A stretch of 64,000 nucleotides of DNA from a virus. Both the position numbers and the translations under genes were made by a program. Of this stretch, positions 18,140-27,387 are shown one piece after another (the stretch's first letter is position 1; the number at the start of each line of letters is the position of its first letter). Location: positions 1-64,000 of the IMG/VR virus record IMGVR_UViG_3300017971_000272; one strand, given 5' to 3'. Below the pieces are notes generated by a model. That model had not been told where the DNA came from and ran no database searches. It saw only the letters and a program-made list of their open reading frames with translations.

Positions 18140-19953
18140 TATTGCCTCACTGTTCTATAGGATTGCATAACACCTGCAAGTTCAGTAGCTGATACAGTGA
18201 ATTCCTCTATTACATCATTATCAGTTCCTACACTTGCAGGATTAGAATATATTCTAATCCTTGCTGAAGTCACTACTTCATTACTATATACTATTTGATC
18301 AATAGACATGTTTTCATATAAAGATACTACAGTTGGAACCATTGTAGTATTAACTATATTACTATCATAAAACACAGATAAATAATTAGGTTGATATCCA
18401 TCTTTATCTATAATCACAGAATAAGAAGGAACTTGATAGGGAAAAGTATAATCAAATGGAGAATTAACAGTTTTCCATCCCGTACCATCTCCAGGATTAA
18501 ATTGTATCTGAGGTAAATGATTTCCCCTTCTATCCATCACATTAAAAGTAACTTGATGAGCTGAAACAGTCACTGTTAAACTATCTTCGCTTGTAGCTCC
18601 TTCATTATCTTCAACCTGTAATCTCGTAGTGATAACACCAATATTACTATACAAATAAGTAAATGCCTGTACAGCCTCTAATAATGTAGCATATCCATTA
18701 ATAGGAATCTCAGTCCATATATCTACTTCGCCATCAACCTTATATCTTGCTACATCAACTGTACCATCAGGATCATTAAAAGAAGCATCTGAAAATGGAG
18801 ATATTGTGCCATGATCAAGTGTATTTTTATTACTGCCAGCATCCACTATAGGACTTAAATTAGATGTGTAAAGTATCTGTATTTCATCCAGTTGAATAGC
18901 TTGATTCCCATTACTAATAAAGAAAGTTTTAACCCATATATCTCCTACTGGAAAAAGATCTATGTTGATGTTTACTGTATTCTCATTGTTATAATTAGCT
19001 CCAGCAGAAACCCAAGCAGATCCATCAAAATACAACCAATCAGATCCATTGGAAGATAGTTGAAATCCTAAACTCCCTTCCAATACACCTGTTGTAACAG
19101 TGAAGCCATCCCATACATTAACTGTTCCTGATTCACCTGTAGTTTTATAAATGCTTGGCTCATCGTCACTGTAAAAGCTTTGTTCTGTTCCATTTCCAGC
19201 ATTATATAAGTGAGCTATTTCATTTGTTGTCAATACTCTATCATATATAACTAATTCATCTATTTCTCCTCCCCAATGATTAGTTACATTATTTCTTGAT
19301 CCAATAGAGCACGAATTAGAAACTAACATACTTTGTGTTAAATTATCATTATCAACAGTAACATCTCTCACAGTACCATCTACTGTAAAAACAATACCAC
19401 TTGCTAATGAACTCCCATCATAAGTAACAACAGCATGATGCCAATTACCATCTCTAAATGTTTCATTTGTTGTTACAGATACAACATTGCCGGATAACCC
19501 ACCTGCTAAATATAATCGCAATGCTGCACTTTTCATATCAAAGATCCATCCTTGAGCAGCTCCTATAGTATTAACTTTACTAATCAAAGTCATAGGTGTT
19601 TGTATTGTAGAGGATTTAAACCATATAGATATAGAAAAGGACTGATCTCTTTCAAAATTACAAATATTACCAAGATCAACTCTTTCATTTTGTGCTCTTA
19701 CAAAAGATAAACAATTGTTTAATTTACCAGTAATCCAATTGGAATCATCCATGTTTTGAGTTGTTCCATTCCTATTATTACCTGAATCATCTGGAACAGT
19801 ACTGCCAGAACTCTCATTAAAATGATAACGAGCATAGCAGTTTCTAAGATCCTCTATCAGGGAGGCAAATCCACCAGAAACTTCTATTTGATTATTGTCA
19901 AAATTATAGTTACCTGGAACATCAAAAGGTATCGAAAAAACCGCCATGCTCAA
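18139..19953 (-). CDS. LamG/ConA-like plus PKD/Ig-like virion protein
   Basis: YHFNE..DDSGNNRNG, FSISIWF, WHHAVVTYDG, GEIDELVIYDRVLT (LamG). PIVDAG..DPDG..LQVEDNEGA (PKD-like). Confidence 0.8.
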   Translation of the reverse strand: MSMAVFSIPFDVPGNYNFDNNQIEVSGGFASLIEDLRNCYARYHFNESSGSTVPDDSGNNRNGTTQNMDDSNWITGKLNNCLSFVRAQNERVDLGNICNFERDQSFSISIWFKSSTIQTPMTLISKVNTIGAAQGWIFDMKSAALRLYLAGGLSGNVVSVTTNETFRDGNWHHAVVTYDGSSLASGIVFTVDGTVRDVTVDNDNLTQSMLVSNSCSIGSRNNVTNHWGGEIDELVIYDRVLTTNEIAHLYNAGNGTEQSFYSDDEPSIYKTTGESGTVNVWDGFTVTTGVLEGSLGFQLSSNGSDWLYFDGSAWVSAGANYNNENTVNINIDLFPVGDIWVKTFFISNGNQAIQLDEIQILYTSNLSPIVDAGSNKNTLDHGTISPFSDASFNDPDGTVDVARYKVDGEVDIWTEIPINGYATLLEAVQAFTYLYSNIGVITTRLQVEDNEGATSEDSLTVTVSAHQVTFNVMDRRGNHLPQIQFNPGDGTGWKTVNSPFDYTFPYQVPSYSVIIDKDGYQPNYLSVFYDSNIVNTTMVPTVVSLYENMSIDQIVYSNEVVTSARIRIYSNPASVGTDNDVIEEFTVSATELAGVMQSYRTVRQ

Positions 19954-19958
19954 ACTCC

Positions 19959-20417
19959 TTATTTGTTACCTGTTATCCATGATAAATATTTGCTCTTTTT
20001 ACCAGATTTTTCAGCGCTCCGACCAACAGCGTATACACTACATACGCTTGTCCATGCCCACCAAAATTCTTCAGGCAAAACAAGCTGTGGTGTTTTTTCA
20101 GATGTATAAAATGTTAAGATTGGAAAAAGAACGTGTACTAAGAAAATGAAAAATAAACCAGCATACACAATGCTTGGTCTTGCTCGTTTAGTGTAATCAT
20201 CTCCTTGTTGTAATTCAGCAACAATGATTTCTTTTTGTGCTGTTACTATTGTTGCTTCTCTTTGAGACAGCATTTTTTCAAGTTCAGCAGTAACTCTTAA
20301 CTTTTCCTCTGGACTTGCTGCTTTAGGCCAAAATCTATCCATAATGGAATCAGCAAAGTCCTTTACACTTGAAATAGTCTGCCCAATGCCTGAAAAATCT
20401 TTAATATCAAGAGCCAT
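19959..20417 (-). CDS. Holin (3TM/GTA-type)
   Basis: IIVAELQ..TKRARP, hydrophobic helices, YAVGRSAEK; near the endolysin. Confidence 0.8.
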   Translation of the reverse strand: MALDIKDFSGIGQTISSVKDFADSIMDRFWPKAASPEEKLRVTAELEKMLSQREATIVTAQKEIIVAELQQGDDYTKRARPSIVYAGLFFIFLVHVLFPILTFYTSEKTPQLVLPEEFWWAWTSVCSVYAVGRSAEKSGKKSKYLSWITGNK

Positions 20418-20422
20418 AGTTG

Positions 20423-20692
20423 TTAATCCTTTTTTTCTATATCTTCTTTCTTTTCATCGATTTCTTCTTCTTTCTTTTCATCGTCTTTTTTTTCTTCTTT
20501 TTTTTCATTGGCATCATAAATTACCTTATCCGTTAATCCAAATTCATTCATAGATTCTTTAGCGGCATTATAGGCAATATCAAGTGTTTCACCTGCTGTT
20601 AGTTCCTTATCTTCCATAGCCACTTGAATTTCACTCATTACAGGCATTAATACTTGCATTACTTTTCCAACTACTTCAAACGTGTTCATCAT
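20423..20692 (-). CDS. Hypothetical protein with charged tail
   Basis: GGGAG SD; in the lysis cluster. Confidence 0.6.
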   Translation of the reverse strand: MMNTFEVVGKVMQVLMPVMSEIQVAMEDKELTAGETLDIAYNAAKESMNEFGLTDKVIYDANEKKEEKKDDEKKEEEIDEKKEDIEKKD

Positions 20693-20867
20693 TGTCTCCC
20701 TTCTTTTTAAATTTGTTTTCTAATAGTTCACCAATTAACTTCTTTAACTGTGCAAAAGCATCATTACCTTCCTCTTCCTCAATAACATACTTAGCATCAG
20801 CCATTTCCATTACTATATATCCATTTTCTGCTTTAGATATGGACATTGTTAAATTTATATTTTCCAT
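20676..20867 (-). CDS. Hypothetical protein
   Basis: ISKAENGYIV motif typical of small phage proteins. Confidence 0.6.
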   Translation of the reverse strand: MENINLTMSISKAENGYIVMEMADAKYVIEEEEGNDAFAQLKKLIGELLENKFKKKGDNDEHV

Positions 20868-20876
20868 GTTACTATC

Positions 20877-21287
20877 CTATCCATTTCTTAACATGTCTGC
20901 TATTCTTTCATAGCGTCTTGGCAAATCCCTTGCTGCTTTGGAATCAAGACATTCATTTGCAGCACTGATCCAGTCATTATTATGGATAGCAGCAATTAAT
21001 TTTTTAAATCCTCTAAATCTAACAGGACCTAAATTAAATCTCATGTTAATTAATGCATGTTTACATTTTTTTGGAAAAATATCATATTCTACAAAAATAA
21101 CTTTTAAATCCTTCTCACATTCCACGATATCATTTTGTAGAAGCATCATAGCTTCTTTTTTGCTGATCCCTTTTCCATCACTATCAATATTGCGCCCAAT
21201 CCCTATAGTTAGTTTACCTGCTGGACATTTATACGCTTTTAATCTTAATCCCTCATCCTTAATCAATTCTTGTATAATTTCTTCCAT
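20877..21287 (-). CDS. Endolysin, T4-lysozyme-like (GH24)
   Basis: DEGLRLKAYKC..GKLTIGIGRN, LINMRFNLG, AANECLDSK. Confidence 0.92.
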   Translation of the reverse strand: MEEIIQELIKDEGLRLKAYKCPAGKLTIGIGRNIDSDGKGISKKEAMMLLQNDIVECEKDLKVIFVEYDIFPKKCKHALINMRFNLGPVRFRGFKKLIAAIHNNDWISAANECLDSKAARDLPRRYERIADMLRNG

Positions 21288-21304
21288 CAGATAAACCTCC
21301 TTTA

Positions 21305-21670
21305 TTATCTTAATTGACCTTGTTGTTTAGCAAGATCATTAATATAATTAGTTACTATTTTAGATTGAACAATAACTCTTACTCCACAACTTGGGCAATA
21401 ATGCATGTTGTGCATTATTGGTTGCTGACAATTCAAACATATAAAACAATGACCGGAAAAAGATATTGCATGTGGTGATATAATATGCTGATCAGTTAAT
21501 AACATAGAATTTTGATAACCTCCTACATTATTGTTATTCTGTTCAGGAACTATATCATGGATTGGACAAAGTGTATTTCTATACTCATCATTGCAATTAC
21601 ACAAATCATCCTCATGTGTATCAGAGTTATCCACTTTAGATTGATGTCGTTTTGGAGTTACTTTATCCAT
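21305..21670 (-). CDS. Zn-ribbon protein
   Basis: CxC..CPIH and CLNC..YCPSCG. Confidence 0.65.
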   Translation of the reverse strand: MDKVTPKRHQSKVDNSDTHEDDLCNCNDEYRNTLCPIHDIVPEQNNNNVGGYQNSMLLTDQHIISPHAISFSGHCFICLNCQQPIMHNMHYCPSCGVRVIVQSKIVTNYINDLAKQQGQLR

Positions 21671-21690
21671 ATTAATTCCTTTATCTGTTC

Positions 21691-21719
21691 AGAGAGATCC
21701 TGATTATCAGGATCTCTCT
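21691..21719. terminator. Perfect 14-bp inverted repeat, probable terminator
   Basis: AGAGAGATCCTGAT-T-ATCAGGATCTCTCT. A second hairpin lies at 21793-21835. Confidence 0.7.
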
Positions 21720-21839
21720 TATTTGCTTCATTAATAAAAATTCTTATTCAGATTCCACTTACTATGGGGAAAAGTTAATTGTTTTAATATTAGCAGAGTC
21801 AGTAAAGATAAATAAGTTAATTTCACTGACTCTGCATAT

Positions 21840-23213
21840 TTACTCACTATTAACAGTTTCCTCAGAATCAGTTTCATCAGTTGTTGTATCTGCGACAACC
21901 GGAGGAGGTTCACATGGACCCTCAGTATCTCCATGAGCTAAGTGAATAGCAGCCTCTTCAGGGGATACAGTTATGGTTTCAGGTGTTCCAGAAGCATTAC
22001 AACATACATCTACAGTTTCCGGTTCACATGCTCCTAATGTATCACCATGAGAAACGTGAATATCTGCTACAGCAGGATCACATTGAATGGTTTCACCATT
22101 ACAGCATACTTCTACTTGTTCACAAGGACCCAAGGTATCACCATGATTATAATGTCCCGGTAAAGCGGAGCATGGAACTTCGAGAGTTTGTCCATTATGG
22201 CAAATCTCAATTTTTTCATCTCCGCCATTTCCTCCACCAGTATCATTATCTCCACAATTGTTAGTACAGTTAACAGTTACATTTACACCATCATCAGTAG
22301 AGCCTCCGTGACATCCGTGACGTCTACCGTTTCCGTTCCCATTATCGCCGTGATTATGGGAGTTTTGGGAACGTCCGCCGTTTCAAGGATGATGGGGATG
22401 ACAAGGACGACAACAGCCCGTAGTACATCCACAAGCTACCTGAGTTTTAAGAGCCGTCAACTCTGCATTAGCAGCATTCAATTGACGTTCAATGTTTCTA
22501 CTCTCAACAGCCTTGATTTCAGCAAGGATCTGTGATTTATCTTCACAAGCTTGACGTTCAACAGCAGCAAACTTCAAATTGTTTCCTGCTTCAAGAGCCA
22601 AGATTTGTTTTTGAGTTTCACAACAACATTCTTGATTTCTAAGCTGTGCCTCAAGATTAAGAACTTTATTGTCACAGCAGCAATCAGCAAGTTGTTGACG
22701 AATATCAGCATTATCACGCAAAGCATTAATTTGCTGTGCATCCAGTTTATCAGCAGTTCTCAATTCTGCACGAAATTGACCATCACGAAGATCAGTGAAT
22801 TGGCGATCTCTGGTAGCATTTTCAAAAGCTTGGAGAGTGCCAATATTTCCAGCTTGGATCATATCACGAGTACAGTCTGCTTGATTTTCAATCTGTTGTG
22901 CATTACGATTCAAGCGAACAGCATTAGCAGAAGGAGAAGCCCAAGGACCAAATCCTCCACCTCCCCAACCACCTCCCCAAGCACCTCCACCACCTCCATA
23001 ACCATAACCACCACGTCCATAACCTCCAGCAAGAAGCCCACCAACAGCAATTTCAGTTGCATTTAAACTTGAAGTATTATCCATTTGATTACCTCCCGAT
23101 TGATTATTATAATTCGAATTATTAGGATTATTAGGATTAGTATAAGCTTTTGGACTAATGGGAGGATTATTCATCCCATGTCCATGATTCATCTTATCAT
23201 TTGTAGTAGCCAT
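21840..23213 (-). CDS. Gly/Cys/His-rich coiled-coil protein with in-frame UGA (22383-22385) and three C-terminal HGDTxGxC repeats
   Basis: ORFs 22383..23213 and 21840..22133 share a frame and 22382-22134 is stop-free. Second start at 23084 has a GGGAGG SD. Readthrough itself is inferred. Confidence 0.6.
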
Positions 23214-23318
23214 TTTCAGTTCAACTCCAATAATCGGTTTATGGTAAAGTACTTTAATCAGTATACCGACATTTGTTTTTTATTTGTCCATTGGTATCAC
23301 CTCCTTTCCTATACAATT

Positions 23319-23870
23319 TTATATCATGTTTTTAATGCTGGATATATAAGGAGTGGCTTGTGTAGCCAAATATGATTCTCCCAATTCTTCAATTAAACTA
23401 TCAACTTTATCAAAATACTCAAAATGACGTTGTTCATCCTTTAACAACTTTTCAAATATTTCAGCAGAAATAGAATCCATATTCTCTCTGCATGTTACTA
23501 AATATTCATTATAACTTTCTATGGCTTTCTTTTCTACTTCAGCATCAAACTCAAATATACAGCATGGTTTTTCATGTTTTTCTATTCTATCAAAATCATA
23601 AAAATCTGTTGGTTCACATAGTAGATTTTTAATTCTGTTAGCTATCATATCAGCGTGATGCATTTCCTCTATAGCTATTTCCTTAACTTGTTCAGCAAGT
23701 TTACTATATCCAATAAATTCTAATTGAGTATGATGTTTTAAATATTGATTAATGGAATATAATTCTTTACTACGTGCTAAATTTAAAACATGCACTACAG
23801 GATCTATCAAGCAGCTTTCCTCCCTGCCTTCTTCCTGATCTTCTATTTTTTCATTTTCCATATCATTCAT
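23319..23870 (-). CDS. bfr: Bacterioferritin / ferritin-like diiron protein
   Basis: E..SINQY..H, AIEEMHHA..IANRI..L, EKKAIESYN, LKDEQRH ferroxidase ligands, G.SYLA C-terminus. Confidence 0.85.
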   Translation of the reverse strand: MNDMENEKIEDQEEGREESCLIDPVVHVLNLARSKELYSINQYLKHHTQLEFIGYSKLAEQVKEIAIEEMHHADMIANRIKNLLCEPTDFYDFDRIEKHEKPCCIFEFDAEVEKKAIESYNEYLVTCRENMDSISAEIFEKLLKDEQRHFEYFDKVDSLIEELGESYLATQATPYISSIKNMI

Positions 23871-23894
23871 TTGAAAGGCTCCTTTTCTTGTAAC

Positions 23895-24251
23895 TCATCT
23901 CAACAAAGCACCCACAGCTACTTCAGTTGCTCCTATAGAAGCGCTCTCATCATATCCTGAATTATCATGAGTTCTATAATGATGATGGGTGTCATTATCT
24001 TCAAAAGCCTTTTCAAGTACAAAATTAAATGGATGATCCGCCATTTCCATAGCTGAATTCCAATTTAATATTTGCACCGCTCTTTCCATAATCTTTCTTT
24101 GTCCATCAAGAATATTCCATACATCTCTGTATGTAATATTTTCATGGGTACTTAAATGTTTAACATATTCTCTTGCCATATACTCCACATCATGATATCC
24201 AAGTTTTCTTGGATTCATTATCCATTCTTGTAAAACAGTATCACAGCTCAT
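23895..24251 (-). CDS. Hypothetical His-rich protein ending ATEVAVGALLR
   Basis: AAGGAG SD. C-terminal peptide shared with the 23213 protein. Confidence 0.7.
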   Translation of the reverse strand: MSCDTVLQEWIMNPRKLGYHDVEYMAREYVKHLSTHENITYRDVWNILDGQRKIMERAVQILNWNSAMEMADHPFNFVLEKAFEDNDTHHHYRTHDNSGYDESASIGATEVAVGALLR

Positions 24252-24274
24252 AACATTCTCCTTTCCATTTCAGG

Positions 24275-24841
24275 TTACTGATGATCATCTGTAAATCGCT
24301 CTCCGTGTCTAACAAGTATATTATCATCTTTATCTGCTGCTTTAACCAGAACAGTTATCTCAGTATACAAATCTATCAACTTTTCAGGTCCATCTTTTGG
24401 AAAAACTAAATGCATGAATATATTATTTTCTGCCAATACTTTTAATACGATATTTTTAACAGCTACACAAAAATAAGTATTAACATTTTTTATTCTCATA
24501 AAATTAAAAGTGATTCTTGGGTTTTCTGATTTTCTTTGTTTATCTATTATGTCAAGCATATGTTTAGTTAATTCTTCAGTATCTTGACATAAACATATAT
24601 CATCAAAATTACATGATACTGAGATTTCCCAAGGTGCTTTCCCATTCAATACCTTATCTAAATCACTTGTTGGTAATTTCTCTTTCTGTGTCTTTTTTAT
24701 TATATCAGGAATTTTTTTAAAAAAATAATTAACAATAAAAAACACAAAAATAACAATTATACTCTGTACAATACCTAAAAATGATCCCCCATCTTTACCA
24801 GAGAAAATCTTAAATATCGATAAAAATTGGGTGAATTCCAT
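24275..24841 (-). CDS. Membrane-anchored protein with possible STAS-like C-terminal domain
   Basis: One TM helix; ITFNFMRIKNVNT resembles the STAS beta-loop (judged by eye). Confidence 0.5.
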   Translation of the reverse strand: MEFTQFLSIFKIFSGKDGGSFLGIVQSIIVIFVFFIVNYFFKKIPDIIKKTQKEKLPTSDLDKVLNGKAPWEISVSCNFDDICLCQDTEELTKHMLDIIDKQRKSENPRITFNFMRIKNVNTYFCVAVKNIVLKVLAENNIFMHLVFPKDGPEKLIDLYTEITVLVKAADKDDNILVRHGERFTDDHQ

Positions 24842-24849
24842 ATTAAATC

Positions 24850-25776
24850 CTAACCGTCGTTACTGCTACGTTTTTTAATTCTATATTTCAACTTTCTGCT
24901 GTAATAACCAATTGATCGCTTCATGTAGTGTCTGTACTTAATAAATATAGAAAATAATCCAGAAAATAATATTGTTATTAATACTAAAGAAAATAATTTT
25001 AATGTCATTTGGATGATTGAATTTGCATACTGTTTCTGATTGTCCTTTATATTTTCTGCTCTATAAAATAAACATAAATATCCCCATTGTTTGTTATTAA
25101 TTTTAATAGGCGAATAAGCTACATAATAAGGTTCTGAAGACATGCTATCTGTGTACTGAAAATATCTGTTTCTATTATGTGTTATCTCACCAATAAGTCT
25201 AAATTGAAAAGTTAATCTACGAGTTACTTTTATTTGCTGATCCCCTTCTATCGTATAAGATAAAGGACTATCCTGTTTAGTGATAAGCCAAGGAAGATGG
25301 CCATCTTCCCTTAAAATATAAAGACCATGAATATGTTTTTGTTTAATAGATATATCCATAAATCGTTTAACAAGTCTATCCAAAATTACATTATCTACAT
25401 AACTAATGGAATGTCTGTTTAGATCATAATTACGTAATAAGGATAAATCATTATATGGATATTGCTGAAACAAAGTATAATAATCAGTGCTATCTGCTTT
25501 TCTATATCTACTATCAAACATATTTACAAAAGTATATCTGCTGGAAAAAGCCCATTGGGTAAGATAGGAACTTTGAGTATCTGCTTGTGCTTTTTTTGAC
25601 TGGTGATACATTTGTAACATATTATTCTCATGTATAGTAAAAGCCGGAATACTCATTATAAATAAAAGAATAAGTAAATATAAAAATATTCTGTTATGTT
25701 CATAAAATTCTAATGCTACATAAGATAGTTTTTTTAAGAAACTATCTTTATATTTTTTATTATCTGCTATATCCAT
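24850..25776 (-). CDS. Two-TM protein with extracytoplasmic sensor-like (Cache/PAS-like) domain
   Basis: Two TM helices flanking about 210 aa; YYVAYSPIK..WGYLCL resembles the end of a Cache domain; short basic tail. Confidence 0.55.
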   Translation of the reverse strand: MDIADNKKYKDSFLKKLSYVALEFYEHNRIFLYLLILLFIMSIPAFTIHENNMLQMYHQSKKAQADTQSSYLTQWAFSSRYTFVNMFDSRYRKADSTDYYTLFQQYPYNDLSLLRNYDLNRHSISYVDNVILDRLVKRFMDISIKQKHIHGLYILREDGHLPWLITKQDSPLSYTIEGDQQIKVTRRLTFQFRLIGEITHNRNRYFQYTDSMSSEPYYVAYSPIKINNKQWGYLCLFYRAENIKDNQKQYANSIIQMTLKLFSLVLITILFSGLFSIFIKYRHYMKRSIGYYSRKLKYRIKKRSSNDG

Positions 25777-25777
25777 T

Positions 25778-26047
25778 TTAATAATATTCTTTAACTTCCC
25801 AACTTACATAATGGGTGAAAGATTTATCGCTGTTTTCAAATATCACTGTCAATGTTTGTGGATCAGTTAAACTTAAAAAACATCTTCCTCTATCTGATTT
25901 ACTTTGAGGAGGATCGCATATTGTGCCAAGTAATCTAACACTTGCTTTATTGCCAACATTATTTATAGTGACAGTGATTGTTTTCTTATTTGTCGCTATA
26001 ACAGTGCCTCTTTGAACACTTTTAATTCCACTATTCCTATAGGTCAT
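25778..26047 (-). CDS. Tail/fibre-associated small protein
   Basis: IKSVQRG..VTI..V..VSWEVKEYY pattern seen in phage fibre-tip domains. Confidence 0.6.
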   Translation of the reverse strand: MTYRNSGIKSVQRGTVIATNKKTITVTINNVGNKASVRLLGTICDPPQSKSDRGRCFLSLTDPQTLTVIFENSDKSFTHYVSWEVKEYY

Positions 26048-26444
26048 AATTAAACACTATATCAGCCTCTTGTTGGGTAATGATATTGCTTCCAAGCAAA
26101 TAACCGATACCTTGTGTTATTAAAGGATCTTTAACATCTATTTCTGTAGCCATATTATATTGCATCATAAAGTTTTCTACCATCACATCTGTTTTAGCAG
26201 CAGCAAGAAGTTTAACTTGGCTATCTATACTGAACATATTCCAAAATTCTAACTTAGATACTATAACAGAAGAATCATTTTGTACGGGGATAAAAGTAGA
26301 GGTCTCTCTATCATATTTAGTCCCAATCAGTTCCAAATTATAAGTATCTATATGAAGAATATTGTCCCCTTCAAGTTTATCTGGATTCTCTGTTATTGCT
26401 TTCACAATATCATCTTCATCTAATTGCACATGATAATATGGCAT
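26037..26444 (-). CDS. Fibre assembly chaperone-like protein, paralog A
   Basis: VSKLEFWNMF..EIDVKDPL..G..YL shared with the neighbour. Confidence 0.65.
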   Translation of the reverse strand: MPYYHVQLDEDDIVKAITENPDKLEGDNILHIDTYNLELIGTKYDRETSTFIPVQNDSSVIVSKLEFWNMFSIDSQVKLLAAAKTDVMVENFMMQYNMATEIDVKDPLITQGIGYLLGSNIITQQEADIVFNYDL

Positions 26445-26676
26445 TATATGCCCTCCATTTGTAAAACATTATTTGCTTCTTCCTCTGTAATTATACCGTT
26501 ATCTCTTAAATAGGTGATACCTTGTGTTATTAAAGGATCTTTAACATCTATTTCTGTAGCCATATTATATTGCATCATAAAGTTTTCTACCATCACATCT
26601 GTTTTAGCTGCGTCTAATACATTGACTTGACTTTGGGTAGAAAACATATTCCAAAATTCTAACTTAGATACTATAA
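26106..26676. repeat. Direct repeat, 410-bp offset
   Basis: 26106-26198 = 26516-26608 (93 bp) and 26233-26266 = 26643-26676 (34 bp). Confidence 0.9.
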
Positions 26677-26761
26677 TTGAAATATCTGCTATGTCCTGTT
26701 GAATAGTAACTTCTTCTTCACTTTCTAAACCTGATTCATTAAAAATTCTTATTTTAGTCAT
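26444..26761 (-). CDS. Fibre assembly chaperone-like protein, paralog B
   Basis: C-terminal domain near-identical to paralog A. Confidence 0.65.
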   Translation of the reverse strand: MTKIRIFNESGLESEEEVTIQQDIADISIIVSKLEFWNMFSTQSQVNVLDAAKTDVMVENFMMQYNMATEIDVKDPLITQGITYLRDNGIITEEEANNVLQMEGI

Positions 26762-26762
26762 T

Positions 26763-27374
26763 TTAACCTCTTAAATATATAACTGGATAATTTGGGCCTA
26801 AAATAGCTGGTGTTGCTGTAGCTGGTAAAGATGTATTTATTTCTCCGAATGCATCTAAAAGCGAATAATAAGCAGAAGATACAGCTCTAAGAGATGATAA
26901 ACCATTATTATATAAAATAGAATGTGAACTGGATGTATATGTAGCTGATGTTGTTGCTCCATATATAATAACTACTGTTGACGAAAGACGACATGCTAAC
27001 CAGTACAGTGTTCCTTTAGTTAATTGCTGTGATATTGTAGATATATTTAATGCTGCTGTTGCTCCTACTGTTATTTGTGGAGCAGACAATAAACGTGTTC
27101 CAGGTAAGTTATTTGATGCATTATTATATATCCCTACATCTATTGTTACTCCTTCATAACTTGTATTAGTATTAGCTATTACTATTCCTGTAAATATATG
27201 TGTTATTATTGGAATAAAAGGCACATAATAAATATAACCTGCTGTGATTTGTGTTCCTGCTGCAACTCTTGCAGGTATTATTGAAGGAGGATAAAACAGA
27301 TTAGATTGATAACCATTAAATTCTAAAGGCTGTTTATAATAGGAATCAAAATTTTTATCTTTCAAATAAGTCAT
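26763..27374 (-). CDS. Virion fibre/beta-sandwich protein
   Basis: IYYVPF..VGIY..PGTRL..LTKGTLYWLA pattern, Thr/Ala-rich. Confidence 0.6.
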   Translation of the reverse strand: MTYLKDKNFDSYYKQPLEFNGYQSNLFYPPSIIPARVAAGTQITAGYIYYVPFIPIITHIFTGIVIANTNTSYEGVTIDVGIYNNASNNLPGTRLLSAPQITVGATAALNISTISQQLTKGTLYWLACRLSSTVVIIYGATTSATYTSSSHSILYNNGLSSLRAVSSAYYSLLDAFGEINTSLPATATPAILGPNYPVIYLRG

Positions 27375-27387
27375 GAAACAGTCCTTT

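Noticed and set aside
21840-22133. Independent 97-aa gene starting at TTG 22133
   Set aside because: The start falls inside the first HGDTLGPC repeat, and coding-like sequence continues upstream in frame to the UGA.
26106-26676. Diversity-generating retroelement TR/VR pair
   Set aside because: Both copies are coding, the differences are not adenine-specific, and no reverse transcriptase is in the window.
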